Shown: positions 9,935 through 19,791, counted from the first letter of the stretch. The stretch is 64,000 bases of DNA from Patescibacteria group bacterium (GCA_041671365.1 JBAZBP010000001.1:261518-325517), one strand, 5' to 3'. Notes: generated by a model not told the origin, from the sequence alone. Numbers and translations are program-made.

Positions 9935-11092
9935 ATGTTTAAATTATTAAAAACAACTAAATCCGGAATACGTTTGGGTTTGATAAAAACCGTCCACGGT
10001 CTTATCAAAACCCCGTTTTATATGCCGGATGCGACTCGTGGTTTTGTTAAACTGACCGACAATGAAATTTTGAAGAAAACAAAAACAAACGCGTTAGTGG
10101 TGAATACTTTTCATTTATATTTACAGCCAGGTTTGGATATTATTAGGCGCGCCGGCGGAATTCATCGTTTTATGAATTGGCCCGGTCCGTTACTATCGGA
10201 TTCCGGGGGTTTTCAGGTTTTTTCGCTGATTCATAAAAATAAGGCTTTGGGAAAAATTACGGACGAAAAAGTAATTTTTAAATCTCCGCTTAATGGATCG
10301 CGGCACGAATTGACTCCGGAAAAATCTATTCAAATTCAATTTGCTTTAGGAGTTGATATGATGGTTTGTTTGGATGATTGCCCTCCTAATGAATTTTCTC
10401 GCGTTGATTTAGAACAAGCAGTTGAGCGGACTATCGCTTGGGCTAAAAGATGTAAGCAAGAATATAATCGGCAATTAAAAATTAAAAAATTTAAGGAAGG
10501 ACAGCGGCCATTATTGTTCGCGGTAATTCAAGGCGGGGCGGAAATTGATTTGCGTCAACGCTGTGCCCGGGAGTTAGTAAAAATCGGTTTTGACGGTTAC
10601 GGATTTGGGGCGCGGCCGGTTGATCATAACGGTAAATTTTTAAGCGAAGTTTTAGTTAAGACGGCTAGTTTTATTCCGACCAATGCCTTGCGCTTTGCCT
10701 TAGGCATTGGTACGCCGGAAGATATTATTCGTTGCGCTAAAATGGGTTGGGATATGTTTGATTGCGTTATTCCGACCAGAGAAGGGAGACACGGAAAATT
10801 ATTTTTTGCTTCAGAAACCCAGGGATTATTTCGATATAAAACTGTAAATATAAAAAATGGAAAATTCGGGCGTGATTTTAGCCCGATTAATAAAAATAGC
10901 CAGTTATTGGAGCTGAACACTAATTCTCGCGCTTATTTGCATCATTTGTTTAAACTCAATGAGCCGCTGGGGCAGCAGCTGGCCAGCTTGAATAATCTAG
11001 AATTTTATCAAGCATGGCTGAGAAAGATTGTTAAGGAAGGAGCCAGTAAAAAGCTTAAAATAGAAAATAGTTTAAACTTGGCAAAAGTTTAA
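9935..11092 (+). CDS. tgt: tRNA-guanine transglycosylase (queuine tRNA-ribosyltransferase) homologue
   Basis: TPFYMPDAT, LSDSGGFQVFSL, LFAVIQGG, LGIGTPEDI and GWDMFDCVIPTR motifs. The CxCxxC...H zinc site appears absent (see findings). Confidence 0.85.
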   Translation: MFKLLKTTKSGIRLGLIKTVHGLIKTPFYMPDATRGFVKLTDNEILKKTKTNALVVNTFHLYLQPGLDIIRRAGGIHRFMNWPGPLLSDSGGFQVFSLIHKNKALGKITDEKVIFKSPLNGSRHELTPEKSIQIQFALGVDMMVCLDDCPPNEFSRVDLEQAVERTIAWAKRCKQEYNRQLKIKKFKEGQRPLLFAVIQGGAEIDLRQRCARELVKIGFDGYGFGARPVDHNGKFLSEVLVKTASFIPTNALRFALGIGTPEDIIRCAKMGWDMFDCVIPTREGRHGKLFFASETQGLFRYKTVNIKNGKFGRDFSPINKNSQLLELNTNSRAYLHHLFKLNEPLGQQLASLNNLEFYQAWLRKIVKEGASKKLKIENSLNLAKV

Positions 11093-11137
11093 ATTTCCTT
11101 TATAATACCTATTGTAATTCTTAAAATTTTTAGTGCT

Positions 11138-12166
11138 ATGATTACCAAGATTATCGCCACGGTTGGACCAAAAACCGATGATTCGACTAAACTTTTGGCT
11201 TTGATTCGCGCGGGAGTTGATATCGTTAGAGTCAATTTTTCTCATGCCAGTTTTGAACAATATAAACGAGTTAAAAAAATAATTGATCAATTTAACGAAC
11301 ATTCGGAGCGTCGAGTCGGAATTCTTCTGGATTTACAGGGTCCGCGTATTCGTGTCGGTCAGATGCCCGCTGCCGGTTTATTTTTGGCAGATGGTGAAAA
11401 ATATAATTTTACCTATTCCTTGTTGCCCTATAAGCCTGGCGGAGCGATTCCGCTGGATAATCGGGAGTTGTATCATGATATTAAAAAAGGCCAGCCGCTT
11501 TATCTTTGTAATGGAGAGATTGAATTAATCGTCTTAGAAGTAAAAGGTAAAATTATATTTGCCGAAGTAATTCATGGCGGCCTACTCAGTTCGCATAAAG
11601 GAATTAATGTCCCGCATACGAATTTAAAGAAAGGCGGCTTGACCCCGAAGGACATTAAAGATTTAAAATTTGGATTAAAAGTTGGAGTGGATTATGTCGG
11701 CTTGTCTTTTGTTCAAACGGCGAACGATGTAATTCGTTTACGCCGTTTAATCGGAAGAAATAAAAAGATTAAAATAGTTTCTAAGATTGAACGGGCAATC
11801 GCTTTAAAAAATATCGATAAAATTATTGTCGTTTCCGATTTGATTATGATCGCTCGGGGTGATTTAGGAATTGAAACACCGCTAGAAGATTTGCCGATTG
11901 TTCAAAAAAATTTAATTAGGCATGCTCATTGGCATAAGACGGCGGCGATTATTGCGACTCAAGTCATGACTTCCATGATTAAAAATCAGGGTCCGACCCG
12001 GGCGGAAGTTAGCGATATTGCCAATGCTGTCTTGGACGGCGCGGATTATATTATGCTTTCAGACGAGACGGCCGTCGGAGATTATGCGACCGCCGCCCTG
12101 CAAATGCTTAAAAAAGTTATCGTGCGAACCGATCGTTATATTAATCGAGAATGTATTGTCAGTTAG
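11138..12166 (+). CDS. pyk: pyruvate kinase, short form (A and B domains only)
   Basis: KIIATVGP, VRVNFSHA, LDLQGPRIRVG, MIARGDLGIE and MLSDETAVG motifs. The ORF ends after about 342 aa. Confidence 0.85.
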   Translation: MITKIIATVGPKTDDSTKLLALIRAGVDIVRVNFSHASFEQYKRVKKIIDQFNEHSERRVGILLDLQGPRIRVGQMPAAGLFLADGEKYNFTYSLLPYKPGGAIPLDNRELYHDIKKGQPLYLCNGEIELIVLEVKGKIIFAEVIHGGLLSSHKGINVPHTNLKKGGLTPKDIKDLKFGLKVGVDYVGLSFVQTANDVIRLRRLIGRNKKIKIVSKIERAIALKNIDKIIVVSDLIMIARGDLGIETPLEDLPIVQKNLIRHAHWHKTAAIIATQVMTSMIKNQGPTRAEVSDIANAVLDGADYIMLSDETAVGDYATAALQMLKKVIVRTDRYINRECIVS

Positions 12167-12189
12167 TAGGGGTAATTAATTTATTTTTT

Positions 12190-13473
12190 ATGAAAATAAT
12201 CGATATCAGTGCTTTAGAAGTCTTAGATTCTCGCGGCAATCCGACGGTATCCGCTACGGTATTTTTAGATAATGGTGCCAGCGGCACATCCCTGGTTCCT
12301 TCCGGCGCCTCGACCGGAAGTTATGAGGCAGTGGAGTTGCGCGATAATGACGCCGCCCGTTTTAATGGTTTGGGGGTGTTAAAGGCTATAAATAATATTA
12401 CGACGAAAATTAAACCGGCACTTTTAGGATTTAATCCGGAAAATCAGAAAGAAATTGACGAGTTGATGATTAAGTTGGATGGAACGGAGAATAAAGCAAA
12501 TTTAGGGGCTAATGCTATTTTAGCAGTTTCTTTGGCGACTGCCCGAGCGGCCGCCAATGGTTTGAATATTCCGCTTTATGAATATTTAACTAGATTTAAT
12601 CCTAATTTTATCGGTAATTATGAAATGCCTATACCGATGATGAATGTTTTAAATGGCGGTAAACATGCGGATTGGGCGACTGATATTCAGGAATATTTAA
12701 TTTTACCGATTGGCGCTAAAAATTTAACGGAAGCGGTTAGAATTGGCGCTGAAATTTATCAACAATTGAAGAAAAATTTGAAAAAACAGGGTTACAGCAT
12801 TATGGTCGGAGACGAAGGTGGGTTTGCTCCGACGGTAAAAAGCAATGAAGAGCCTTTTATTTTATTATCCGAAGCGATTAAGGCGGCCGGTTATCAGTTA
12901 AAGAAAGATGTTGTTTTTGGCGTTGATGCCGCAGCCACGGAATTTTACGCCGCCGGCGTCTATACGCTCAAAAAAGAAAATAAAAATTTAACCGCCGCTA
13001 AGTTAGCCGATTTTTATTCCGACTTGCAAACAAAATATCCAATTTATTCCTGGGAAGATATTTTTTCCGAAGACGATTGGTCGGGTTTCCATGATTTTAG
13101 CGTCGCTCATCCCGAACATCAGATTGTCGGCGATGATTTATATGTTACCAGTATTAAACGATTAGAGCGGGGAATAAAAGAAAAAACTACTAATTCAATT
13201 TTGATCAAATTAAATCAAATCGGCACTTTATCGGAAACGGTCGAGGCGATTTTATTGGCGGAAAAAAATGGTTTAACCGCGGTTATTTCTCACCGTAGCG
13301 GTGAAACCGAAGATACTTTTATTGCCGATCTGGCTGTGGCTTTAGGCACTGGTCAGATTAAGACCGGTGCGCCGGCTCGCAGCGAGCGTTTGGCTAAATA
13401 TAATCGGTTAATAGCGATTGAAGCGGAATTAAAGACTAGAGCGAGTTATGCTCATTGGCCGTTTACTATATGA
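12190..13473 (+). CDS. eno: enolase
   Basis: ALEVLDSRGNPTV, GASTGSYEAVELRD, LIKLNQIGTLSET and SHRSGETEDTFIADLAV motifs. The ATG at 12190 fits the family N-terminus. Confidence 0.95.
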   Translation: MKIIDISALEVLDSRGNPTVSATVFLDNGASGTSLVPSGASTGSYEAVELRDNDAARFNGLGVLKAINNITTKIKPALLGFNPENQKEIDELMIKLDGTENKANLGANAILAVSLATARAAANGLNIPLYEYLTRFNPNFIGNYEMPIPMMNVLNGGKHADWATDIQEYLILPIGAKNLTEAVRIGAEIYQQLKKNLKKQGYSIMVGDEGGFAPTVKSNEEPFILLSEAIKAAGYQLKKDVVFGVDAAATEFYAAGVYTLKKENKNLTAAKLADFYSDLQTKYPIYSWEDIFSEDDWSGFHDFSVAHPEHQIVGDDLYVTSIKRLERGIKEKTTNSILIKLNQIGTLSETVEAILLAEKNGLTAVISHRSGETEDTFIADLAVALGTGQIKTGAPARSERLAKYNRLIAIEAELKTRASYAHWPFTI

Positions 13474-14579
13474 TGCAATTTATTTTTTTCGCCTTGGCCA
13501 CCATCGTGCTTATCGCCGGACACGCTTTGTTCTGGTATATTTTTATTAAATTATTCCATATTATTGCGCTGCATACTCAAATTATAGTAGCACTGGTTAT
13601 TTTTGGTTTATTTTTAAGCGCCGTCGTTTCGTCGTATATCAGTCATAAATGGGATAATTGGCTAACCCGTACTTATTATATTTTTTCCGGCTTTTGGATT
13701 GGACTATTTATAAATTTATGTTTGATGGCGCTTTTGATTTTATTATTAAAACTCGTCGGTCTAATTTTTGGTTTTATTCTACCATACTGGTTGATTAAAA
13801 TTATTTTTTTTGGCGGCGCTTTAGTTTTTTCACTTTTTGGAGTTTATCGCGTTTGGATGCCGCAGATCACGAATTATGAGGTGAGTATTAAAGATTTGCC
13901 GGAAGCTTGGAATAATAAAACGATTGTCCAGCTTTCCGACGTCCATCTGGGACCGGTTTATCAGGAAAAATTCTTTTATCGTTTAATTAAAAAAATCAAT
14001 GAGCTTAAGCCGGAGGCAGTTTTCATTACCGGTGATTTATTTGACGGGACAGAGGCAGGCTTTACTTGGTTAAATCATCCCTTTGCTAAATTACAGGCGC
14101 CGAAAGGAATATATTATGGCTTTGGCAATCATGACTTGTACTTAGGTTTTAATCGGGTGATTGCTCTGTTAAAAGAAAATCCGGTAAAAATTTTGGATAA
14201 TAAAATGGTGGTGGTGGACGGTTTGCAGATTATCGGAGTTAATTATTCTTTTAATAGTTCGTTCGATTTAGAGGAGGAGATTTTAAAGCAAGTTAACTAT
14301 AGTCGGAATAAACCCAGCATTCTTTTATTGCACGCCCCACATAATATTGAGTTAGCCAAGAAGGCCGGTATCGATTTGCAGCTTTCCGGCCATACTCATG
14401 ACGGACAACTATGGCCGTTTAATCACGTCATTCAGTGGGCGCACAAAGGTTATGGTTACGGATTTTTTAAAGAAGACGATTTTTCTTTAGTTGTTAATAG
14501 CGGCGCCGGAACTTGGGGTCCGCCCATGAGAACCGCGGCTCGCAGCGAAATTGTGAAAATAACTTTGAAACGGAAATAA
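13470..14579 (+). CDS. membrane-anchored metallophosphoesterase (YkuE-like)
   Basis: Several N-terminal TM helices, then QLSDVHLG, ITGDLFDG, GNHD and SGHTHDGQ calcineurin-like motifs. The start overlaps the eno stop. Confidence 0.75.
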   Translation: MMQFIFFALATIVLIAGHALFWYIFIKLFHIIALHTQIIVALVIFGLFLSAVVSSYISHKWDNWLTRTYYIFSGFWIGLFINLCLMALLILLLKLVGLIFGFILPYWLIKIIFFGGALVFSLFGVYRVWMPQITNYEVSIKDLPEAWNNKTIVQLSDVHLGPVYQEKFFYRLIKKINELKPEAVFITGDLFDGTEAGFTWLNHPFAKLQAPKGIYYGFGNHDLYLGFNRVIALLKENPVKILDNKMVVVDGLQIIGVNYSFNSSFDLEEEILKQVNYSRNKPSILLLHAPHNIELAKKAGIDLQLSGHTHDGQLWPFNHVIQWAHKGYGYGFFKEDDFSLVVNSGAGTWGPPMRTAARSEIVKITLKRK

Positions 14580-14586
14580 AAACTAT

Positions 14587-15603
14587 ATGAATTTAACTCA
14601 GCTCTCTACAATTTTAGCGACGGAGCCTAAATTTCGTTATGCTCAAATTAATCAAGCTTTATATCAAGACTTTATTTCTTCTTGGACGGAAGCGTCTAGT
14701 TTATCTAAGATCTTACGGGAAAAATTAGAATTGGCTTGTCCTTTAGAGATTAAGGTGGAAATTTTTAAAGCCGTTAACGGACCTAAAAGTTCTAAGGCTT
14801 TAATTACCTTAGACGATGGAGAGATGATTGAAACGGTTTTGATTCGGCAACACGGGAAAGATCATGACGGTCGTAATACGATTTGTATTTCTTCTCAGGT
14901 CGGCTGTCCTTTGGCCTGCGCCTTTTGTGCAACCGGACAGAATGGCTTCAGCCGTAATTTAACGGCCGAAGAAATAGTGGAGCAGGTAATTTTTTGGGGC
15001 CGTTATTTAAAGCAAGAAGGGAAAGGAGAAAAAATTGATAATTTAGTTTTCATGGGCATGGGGGAACCGTTTTTAAATTATGAGCAATTTATTAAAGCGG
15101 TGAAGTTTATTAATAATCCCGAGACTTTAAATATCGGCGCTCGTCGCCTGTCGGTTTCTACGGTGGGGATTGTTGAAGGCATCAAACGATTGGCCGGCGA
15201 AAAAATTCAGATTAATTTAGCAATTTCTCTTCATGCTCCTAACGATAATTTGCGGAGCGAGTTAATGCCGGTAGCCAATAAATATTCGCTTTATGAAATT
15301 TTTAAGGCGGTCGATAATTATATTATTAAGACCGGACGGCGCGTCATGTTTGAATATTTAATGATTAAAGGTATAAACGATCATGACCAAGAAGCGCGGG
15401 AATTAGCGGATAAGATGAAAAAACCTTTGTATTTAGTTAACCTGATTCCTTATAATTCAACCGGAAAATTTCGTCCCTCGGATCGGGAACGGATTGAGAA
15501 GTTTAAAAAGATTTTAGAAGATAATAATATACCGGTCACCGTGCGTTTAAGTTTCGGATCGGATATTTCCGCGGCTTGCGGGCAGTTAAGAGGAAAAAAA
15601 TAA
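14587..15603 (+). CDS. rlmN: 23S rRNA/tRNA adenine-C2 methyltransferase RlmN (radical SAM)
   Basis: [17 protein letters not shown] radical-SAM cluster motif, [10 protein letters not shown] and C-terminal ACGQL. Confidence 0.9.
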   Translation: MNLTQLSTILATEPKFRYAQINQALYQDFISSWTEASSLSKILREKLELACPLEIKVEIFKAVNGPKSSKALITLDDGEMIETVLIRQHGKDHDGRNTICISSQVGCPLACAFCATGQNGFSRNLTAEEIVEQVIFWGRYLKQEGKGEKIDNLVFMGMGEPFLNYEQFIKAVKFINNPETLNIGARRLSVSTVGIVEGIKRLAGEKIQINLAISLHAPNDNLRSELMPVANKYSLYEIFKAVDNYIIKTGRRVMFEYLMIKGINDHDQEARELADKMKKPLYLVNLIPYNSTGKFRPSDRERIEKFKKILEDNNIPVTVRLSFGSDISAACGQLRGKK

Positions 15604-15629
15604 TTACTAATAATTTAATTTTTAATCAT

Positions 15630-16220
15630 ATGTTTACTTTAGCTCCGTTACCCTATGAGGCGTCGGCTCTAGAGCCGCAAATATCAGCACAAACTTTATC
15701 CTTTCATTACGGCAAGCATCACCAGGCTTATGTGGATAATTTAAATAAATTAATCACCGACACTGATTTAGCTGCCGCCCCGCTGGAGGAAATTATTTTA
15801 AAAACCGCCGGTAATGCCGAACAGGCGGGTATTTTTAATAATGCCGCCCAACACTATAACCATACTTTTTTTTGGTCCGGGCTTGAGCCAATGGCGGAAA
15901 AATCTGAACCTACCCCGGAATTATTAGAGCTTTTGAATAAGAGCTTCGGTTCCTTAGAAATGTTTTATACCGAATTTAAAGTTGCCGCCGTCAGTCTCTT
16001 CGGTAGTGGTTGGGTGTGGTTAGTCAAGGACGGAGAAACGTTAAAAATTATTAAGACTTTTAACGGTGATAATCCCTTGACTCATAAACTGAAACCGCTC
16101 TGGTCTCTGGACGTCTGGGAGCATTCTTATTATTTAGATTATCAGAATAAACGAGCTGATTTTGTCGAAGCGGTTTTAAAGAATCTAATTAATTGGAAAT
16201 TTATTGCCGCTAACCTCTAA
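15630..16220 (+). CDS. Fe/Mn superoxide dismutase
   Basis: [23 protein letters not shown] and [15 protein letters not shown] motifs. Confidence 0.9.
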   Translation: MFTLAPLPYEASALEPQISAQTLSFHYGKHHQAYVDNLNKLITDTDLAAAPLEEIILKTAGNAEQAGIFNNAAQHYNHTFFWSGLEPMAEKSEPTPELLELLNKSFGSLEMFYTEFKVAAVSLFGSGWVWLVKDGETLKIIKTFNGDNPLTHKLKPLWSLDVWEHSYYLDYQNKRADFVEAVLKNLINWKFIAANL

Positions 16221-16230
16221 AATATTTTTT

Positions 16231-16902
16231 ATGTATCAAAATCCCTATGTCAAATTAAAGCCCTCGACCCATCAGCCCTATACGGAAATTTTTTTAATTC
16301 GTCATTGTCACCCCAACTACGCTTTGGAACATAAAGTCGGGGGATATAATATGCCCTTATCAACGACCGGTCGCAAACAACGGAAGTTTTTGACTAAAAA
16401 ATTATTAACGATGAATATTGATAAGATTTACGCCAGTGGTTTGCTCCGAGCGCAAGAGACGGCTGCCGTTTACGCCCGACTGGCCAACAAAAAAATTATC
16501 ATCGATAAAGACCTGGATGAAATTGATTGGACTAACTGGTATAGTTTGAAATATTTTAATATGTCGGAAGAAACGCGAGAGAAAAAATTAAAAAATCATT
16601 TAAAATTAGATCGAGAACTAGACAAAATACAAACCGTTGTCCGGCGATCTTTAGCCGACTTATTTCGTTCTAATCGGGGTAGGCGGTTAGCGATTTTTTC
16701 TCATGGTAATTTTATAAAAGCCTTAATTACCGGAGTTTTGAATGCCGATGTTATTGGTTTTTTGTCTCTGGAGATATTTCAATCGTCTATCAGTAAACTG
16801 ATAATTGATCAAGACGGTTATATTAAAATCGCTTATATCAACGACGTGAGCCACTTGCCTCTACCGCCGACCGAGGATTTATTTATAACCATGTCCGATT
16901 AA
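16231..16902 (+). CDS. histidine phosphatase family protein (phosphoglycerate-mutase-like)
   Basis: IFLIRHCHPN (RH catalytic motif), LLRAQETA and IFSHGNFIK. Confidence 0.7.
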   Translation: MYQNPYVKLKPSTHQPYTEIFLIRHCHPNYALEHKVGGYNMPLSTTGRKQRKFLTKKLLTMNIDKIYASGLLRAQETAAVYARLANKKIIIDKDLDEIDWTNWYSLKYFNMSEETREKKLKNHLKLDRELDKIQTVVRRSLADLFRSNRGRRLAIFSHGNFIKALITGVLNADVIGFLSLEIFQSSISKLIIDQDGYIKIAYINDVSHLPLPPTEDLFITMSD

Positions 16903-16904
16903 CT

Positions 16905-18413
16905 ATGAAGTCTAAATTTTTATCAACAATTTTTATTTTTTTAATCGGCGCCCTATTGTTTGGCGCTGATTTTAATGGAGCGCTTTCGTTTAACTCGTCA
17001 TTAGCTCGAGCCGCGGCCAATTTAAACGGTCGAATTTTGCTTCAAGTTCAGGCTCAAGGACAGGCTTGGTATGTTAATCCTGTAAACAGTCAACGTTATT
17101 ATTTAGGCCGGCCCGCCGACGCTTTCGCCGTTATGCGTTCCTTAGGGTTAGGCGTGACTGACGCTGATTTAAGTTCTTTTAAGGTTATGGCGCCGCGTCG
17201 TTTAGCCGGTCGAATTTTGCTTCAAGTTCAGGCTCAAGGACAGGCCTATTATGTTAACCCGTTAAATTTGAAATTATATTACCTTGGTCGCCCGACTGAC
17301 GCCTTTAATTTAATGCGGTCGCAGGGCCTAGGCATTAGCAACCAAGATTTGGCGTTGATTCCTATAGCGCAGACAGCGATAATGTCGGACGCTTCTATCT
17401 CGGTTAAAGCCACTTCGATCATCGGTCATTGGTTATTTAAATATCAAAATAATAATTACGAAATTTTTCAGAATCTTTCGCCGGCTTTATATCAGGCTTA
17501 TGCCGGTATGCCTAAAATTTATTCTTATAAAATCGGAGATGAACCGACGAATTTACGCGACTCTTTTTATGGTTTGTTTCTAACTTTAAGGTCCGGAGAC
17601 ACATCACTGGATGATTTGATTTCCCGATTGCGAATTATAGCCGTTGAAAATAATTGGACGAGCGATCAGTTATTGGAATTTACTTTAGCCTTGGTTCAAT
17701 ATATTCCTTATGATCACGCGAAGCTGGCGGCGGACAGCAATCGCAATACCGATCCTTATTATCCTTACGAAACTTTATATTTAGACCGAGGCGTCTGTTC
17801 CGATAAAACATTCTTAGCCGTTTCATTGCTCAGAAAATTAGGTTATGGCGCCGCTATTTTGGATTTTCCGGATTTAAATCATTCGGCTGTCGGCATCGCC
17901 TGTCCGGTCGCCGATTCTCTTAACGGTTCGGGTTATTGCTATGGCGAAACTACTAATTATTTTCCTTTAGGAGTTATTCCGCAGAGCATTAATTCCGGTC
18001 AGGCTCAGACTTCGGAAAATGGATTTACGACTTTATTTAATTCTTCTAATTTAGGTACGATTGAAATATATCAAAAAACTATTGGTAAAATTTATCAGGG
18101 GGTGCCGGCCACTCGCGCTCAAGTAGCCTTGCTCGCCGCGTCCAAAAATGATCTCGATGCCCGAGAAACGGAAATGACGGCCATACAAGCCGATATCACC
18201 GCGCAAGAAAAGGATTTAACGGCGATGAAAACACAAATGGATAATTATTATAACAACGGTCAAACTAGCCAATATAATAGTCTGGTAGCTAGTTATAATG
18301 ATTTAGTTAACAAGTATAATGCGGCGATTGTGAATTATCAGTCTAAAATCGCTGATTATAATCAAAAAGTAGTAGATTTTAACTTGGCCGTAAATAAATT
18401 TTATCAGAAATAA
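16905..18413 (+). CDS. secreted protein: two 60-aa N-terminal repeats, transglutaminase-like Cys/His core, C-terminal coiled coil
   Basis: Signal-like N-terminus; GRILLQVQAQGQAxYVNP..YYLGRP.DAF.xMRS.GLG occurs twice; RGVCSDKTFLAVSLLRKLGY...HSAVGIA core; Q/N/A heptad-like tail. Confidence 0.6.
   Translation: MKSKFLSTIFIFLIGALLFGADFNGALSFNSSLARAAANLNGRILLQVQAQGQAWYVNPVNSQRYYLGRPADAFAVMRSLGLGVTDADLSSFKVMAPRRLAGRILLQVQAQGQAYYVNPLNLKLYYLGRPTDAFNLMRSQGLGISNQDLALIPIAQTAIMSDASISVKATSIIGHWLFKYQNNNYEIFQNLSPALYQAYAGMPKIYSYKIGDEPTNLRDSFYGLFLTLRSGDTSLDDLISRLRIIAVENNWTSDQLLEFTLALVQYIPYDHAKLAADSNRNTDPYYPYETLYLDRGVCSDKTFLAVSLLRKLGYGAAILDFPDLNHSAVGIACPVADSLNGSGYCYGETTNYFPLGVIPQSINSGQAQTSENGFTTLFNSSNLGTIEIYQKTIGKIYQGVPATRAQVALLAASKNDLDARETEMTAIQADITAQEKDLTAMKTQMDNYYNNGQTSQYNSLVASYNDLVNKYNAAIVNYQSKIADYNQKVVDFNLAVNKFYQK
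17027..17065 (+). repeat. 39-nt perfect direct repeat, copy 1
   Basis: CGGTCGAATTTTGCTTCAAGTTCAGGCTCAAGGACAGGC, identical to 17207-17245, exactly 180 nt (60 codons) apart. Confidence 0.9.
17207..17245 (+). repeat. 39-nt perfect direct repeat, copy 2
   Basis: Identical to 17027-17065. Confidence 0.9.
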
Positions 18414-18474
18414 AGATATTTATGCTAATATTGGTTAGTTTAGATTATATGTTAATAATTTAATAAAATTTTGA

Positions 18475-18505
18475 TTGACATGTAATAAACTTTGTGATGT
18501 AATAT
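18475..18505 (+). promoter_or_regulatory. sigma-70-type promoter candidate
   Basis: TTGACA (18475-18480), 17 nt, then TGTAATAT (18498-18505). An imperfect palindrome AATATTTCAATACT/CAAATATTGAATATT follows directly. Confidence 0.45.
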
Positions 18506-18579
18506 TTCAATACTCAAATATTGAATATTAACCCAAATTCGCCGGGTAAAGCGCGATAAAATTCTTTAACAAAATACTG

Positions 18580-19791
18580 GTGAAAAAAATGAAAAAGCAA
18601 GACAACACTGGTCTTGGACTCATCAAAACAACTATTGAGAGAGTTCAAAACGACAAGTCACTGTTTAACAGCGCACTTAATAAACTTGTTAATTCTTCGG
18701 AGGAAGAATTGGGCGACTTTCTAAAAAGGAAGATTGCGGGAACAGTTAAGGGTAATATTCTCCGCCTGATTTCCGGAGGACATGTTTTAACCCTCAAAGC
18801 TTTGAACGGCCAGTGTCTTATTTACAATTCCAAAAAGATTTTTAATTCTTTCATTGATTCGAATTTCGTCAATTGGAATTTAAATAAGACGGGCGTCGCT
18901 ACTCCAAAAACTCCGGTGCAGGTACACAAGATAGTCGGCGATGGTACAATAATGGAAATATTTAGCTCTATGCCAGGCAACTGGAACCAAAAATGGCTTT
19001 CGCAAAATCAAGTAATTGATTTCTGTGAGACGCTGTCCGATTGGTTGAGTCAGGACCATTATTCCACATTGTTTCTTATCAAAAAAGATGAGAATAAGCC
19101 GATTGACGAAGCCAAACCGCAGAATAACTTAGTTGCGGTAGACGTGGACGTGAGTTCAGGTGGACTGCATGTCGACGTGCGCCACCTTACAAATGGCAGT
19201 TCCTGGCAAGGCGAGTCTCGTCATCGCGTGGTCTCCCCGAAACTATTGACATTTTTAGCCGATAACGGCGAACTAAAGCCTTCAATTCTTCGTCTCATTT
19301 CTAATGGACAGACTTTGACTCTCAAAGCTTTGGACGGTCAGCGCCTCATCTATAATTCCAAAAAAACTTTTAAGTCCTATATCGACCAGAATTTCGTCGA
19401 TTGGGATTTAAATAAGACGGGCGTCGCTACCCCCGAGACTCTAGTACAGGTGCATGAAATAGTTGATAACGGTACATTTATCGACATTTTCAGTTCCATC
19501 CCAGGTAACTGGAACCAAAAATGGCTCTCGCAAAATCAAGTAATTGATTTCTGTGAAACGTTGCCCGATTGGTTAATTCAGAATAGACACGCCACGATGT
19601 TTCTTGTAAAAAAAGATGAAAATAAATCAGTTGACGAAGATAACCCACAAGAGAACTTAGTCGTGGTCAACGTGGATGTGCTTTCGGACGGTTTGTATGT
19701 GCGCGTGTCTTGCCTTGAGCATAACCTTGTCTGGCTTGGCGAGTATCGTAATTGCGTTGTCTCCCCACAACTTATACCTTTGGTTTCTTAA
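18580..19791 (+). CDS. hypothetical protein made of two tandem ~165-aa homologous modules
   Basis: Residues from ILRLISGG (nt 18757) and from ILRLISNG (nt 19285) align colinearly over about 163 aa with a 176-aa period. No signal peptide or TM. Flanked by its own promoter and terminator. Confidence 0.7.
   Translation: MKKMKKQDNTGLGLIKTTIERVQNDKSLFNSALNKLVNSSEEELGDFLKRKIAGTVKGNILRLISGGHVLTLKALNGQCLIYNSKKIFNSFIDSNFVNWNLNKTGVATPKTPVQVHKIVGDGTIMEIFSSMPGNWNQKWLSQNQVIDFCETLSDWLSQDHYSTLFLIKKDENKPIDEAKPQNNLVAVDVDVSSGGLHVDVRHLTNGSSWQGESRHRVVSPKLLTFLADNGELKPSILRLISNGQTLTLKALDGQRLIYNSKKTFKSYIDQNFVDWDLNKTGVATPETLVQVHEIVDNGTFIDIFSSIPGNWNQKWLSQNQVIDFCETLPDWLIQNRHATMFLVKKDENKSVDEDNPQENLVVVNVDVLSDGLYVRVSCLEHNLVWLGEYRNCVVSPQLIPLVS

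Noticed and set aside
11072-11528. ORFs 11072-11302 (-) and 11283-11528 (+) overlapping the pyk 5' region.
   Set aside because: The pyruvate kinase frame has strong family motifs. The alternatives have none.
12151-12189. N-terminal extensions proposed by the ORF track. Examples: eno from 12151, SOD from 15576, phosphatase from 16204, rpsB from 20081, csp from 43529, SIMPL from 48025, HU from 53742, L1 from 31567.
   Set aside because: Family N-termini align with internal ATGs. The extensions overlap upstream genes, promoters or terminators and add non-homologous residues.
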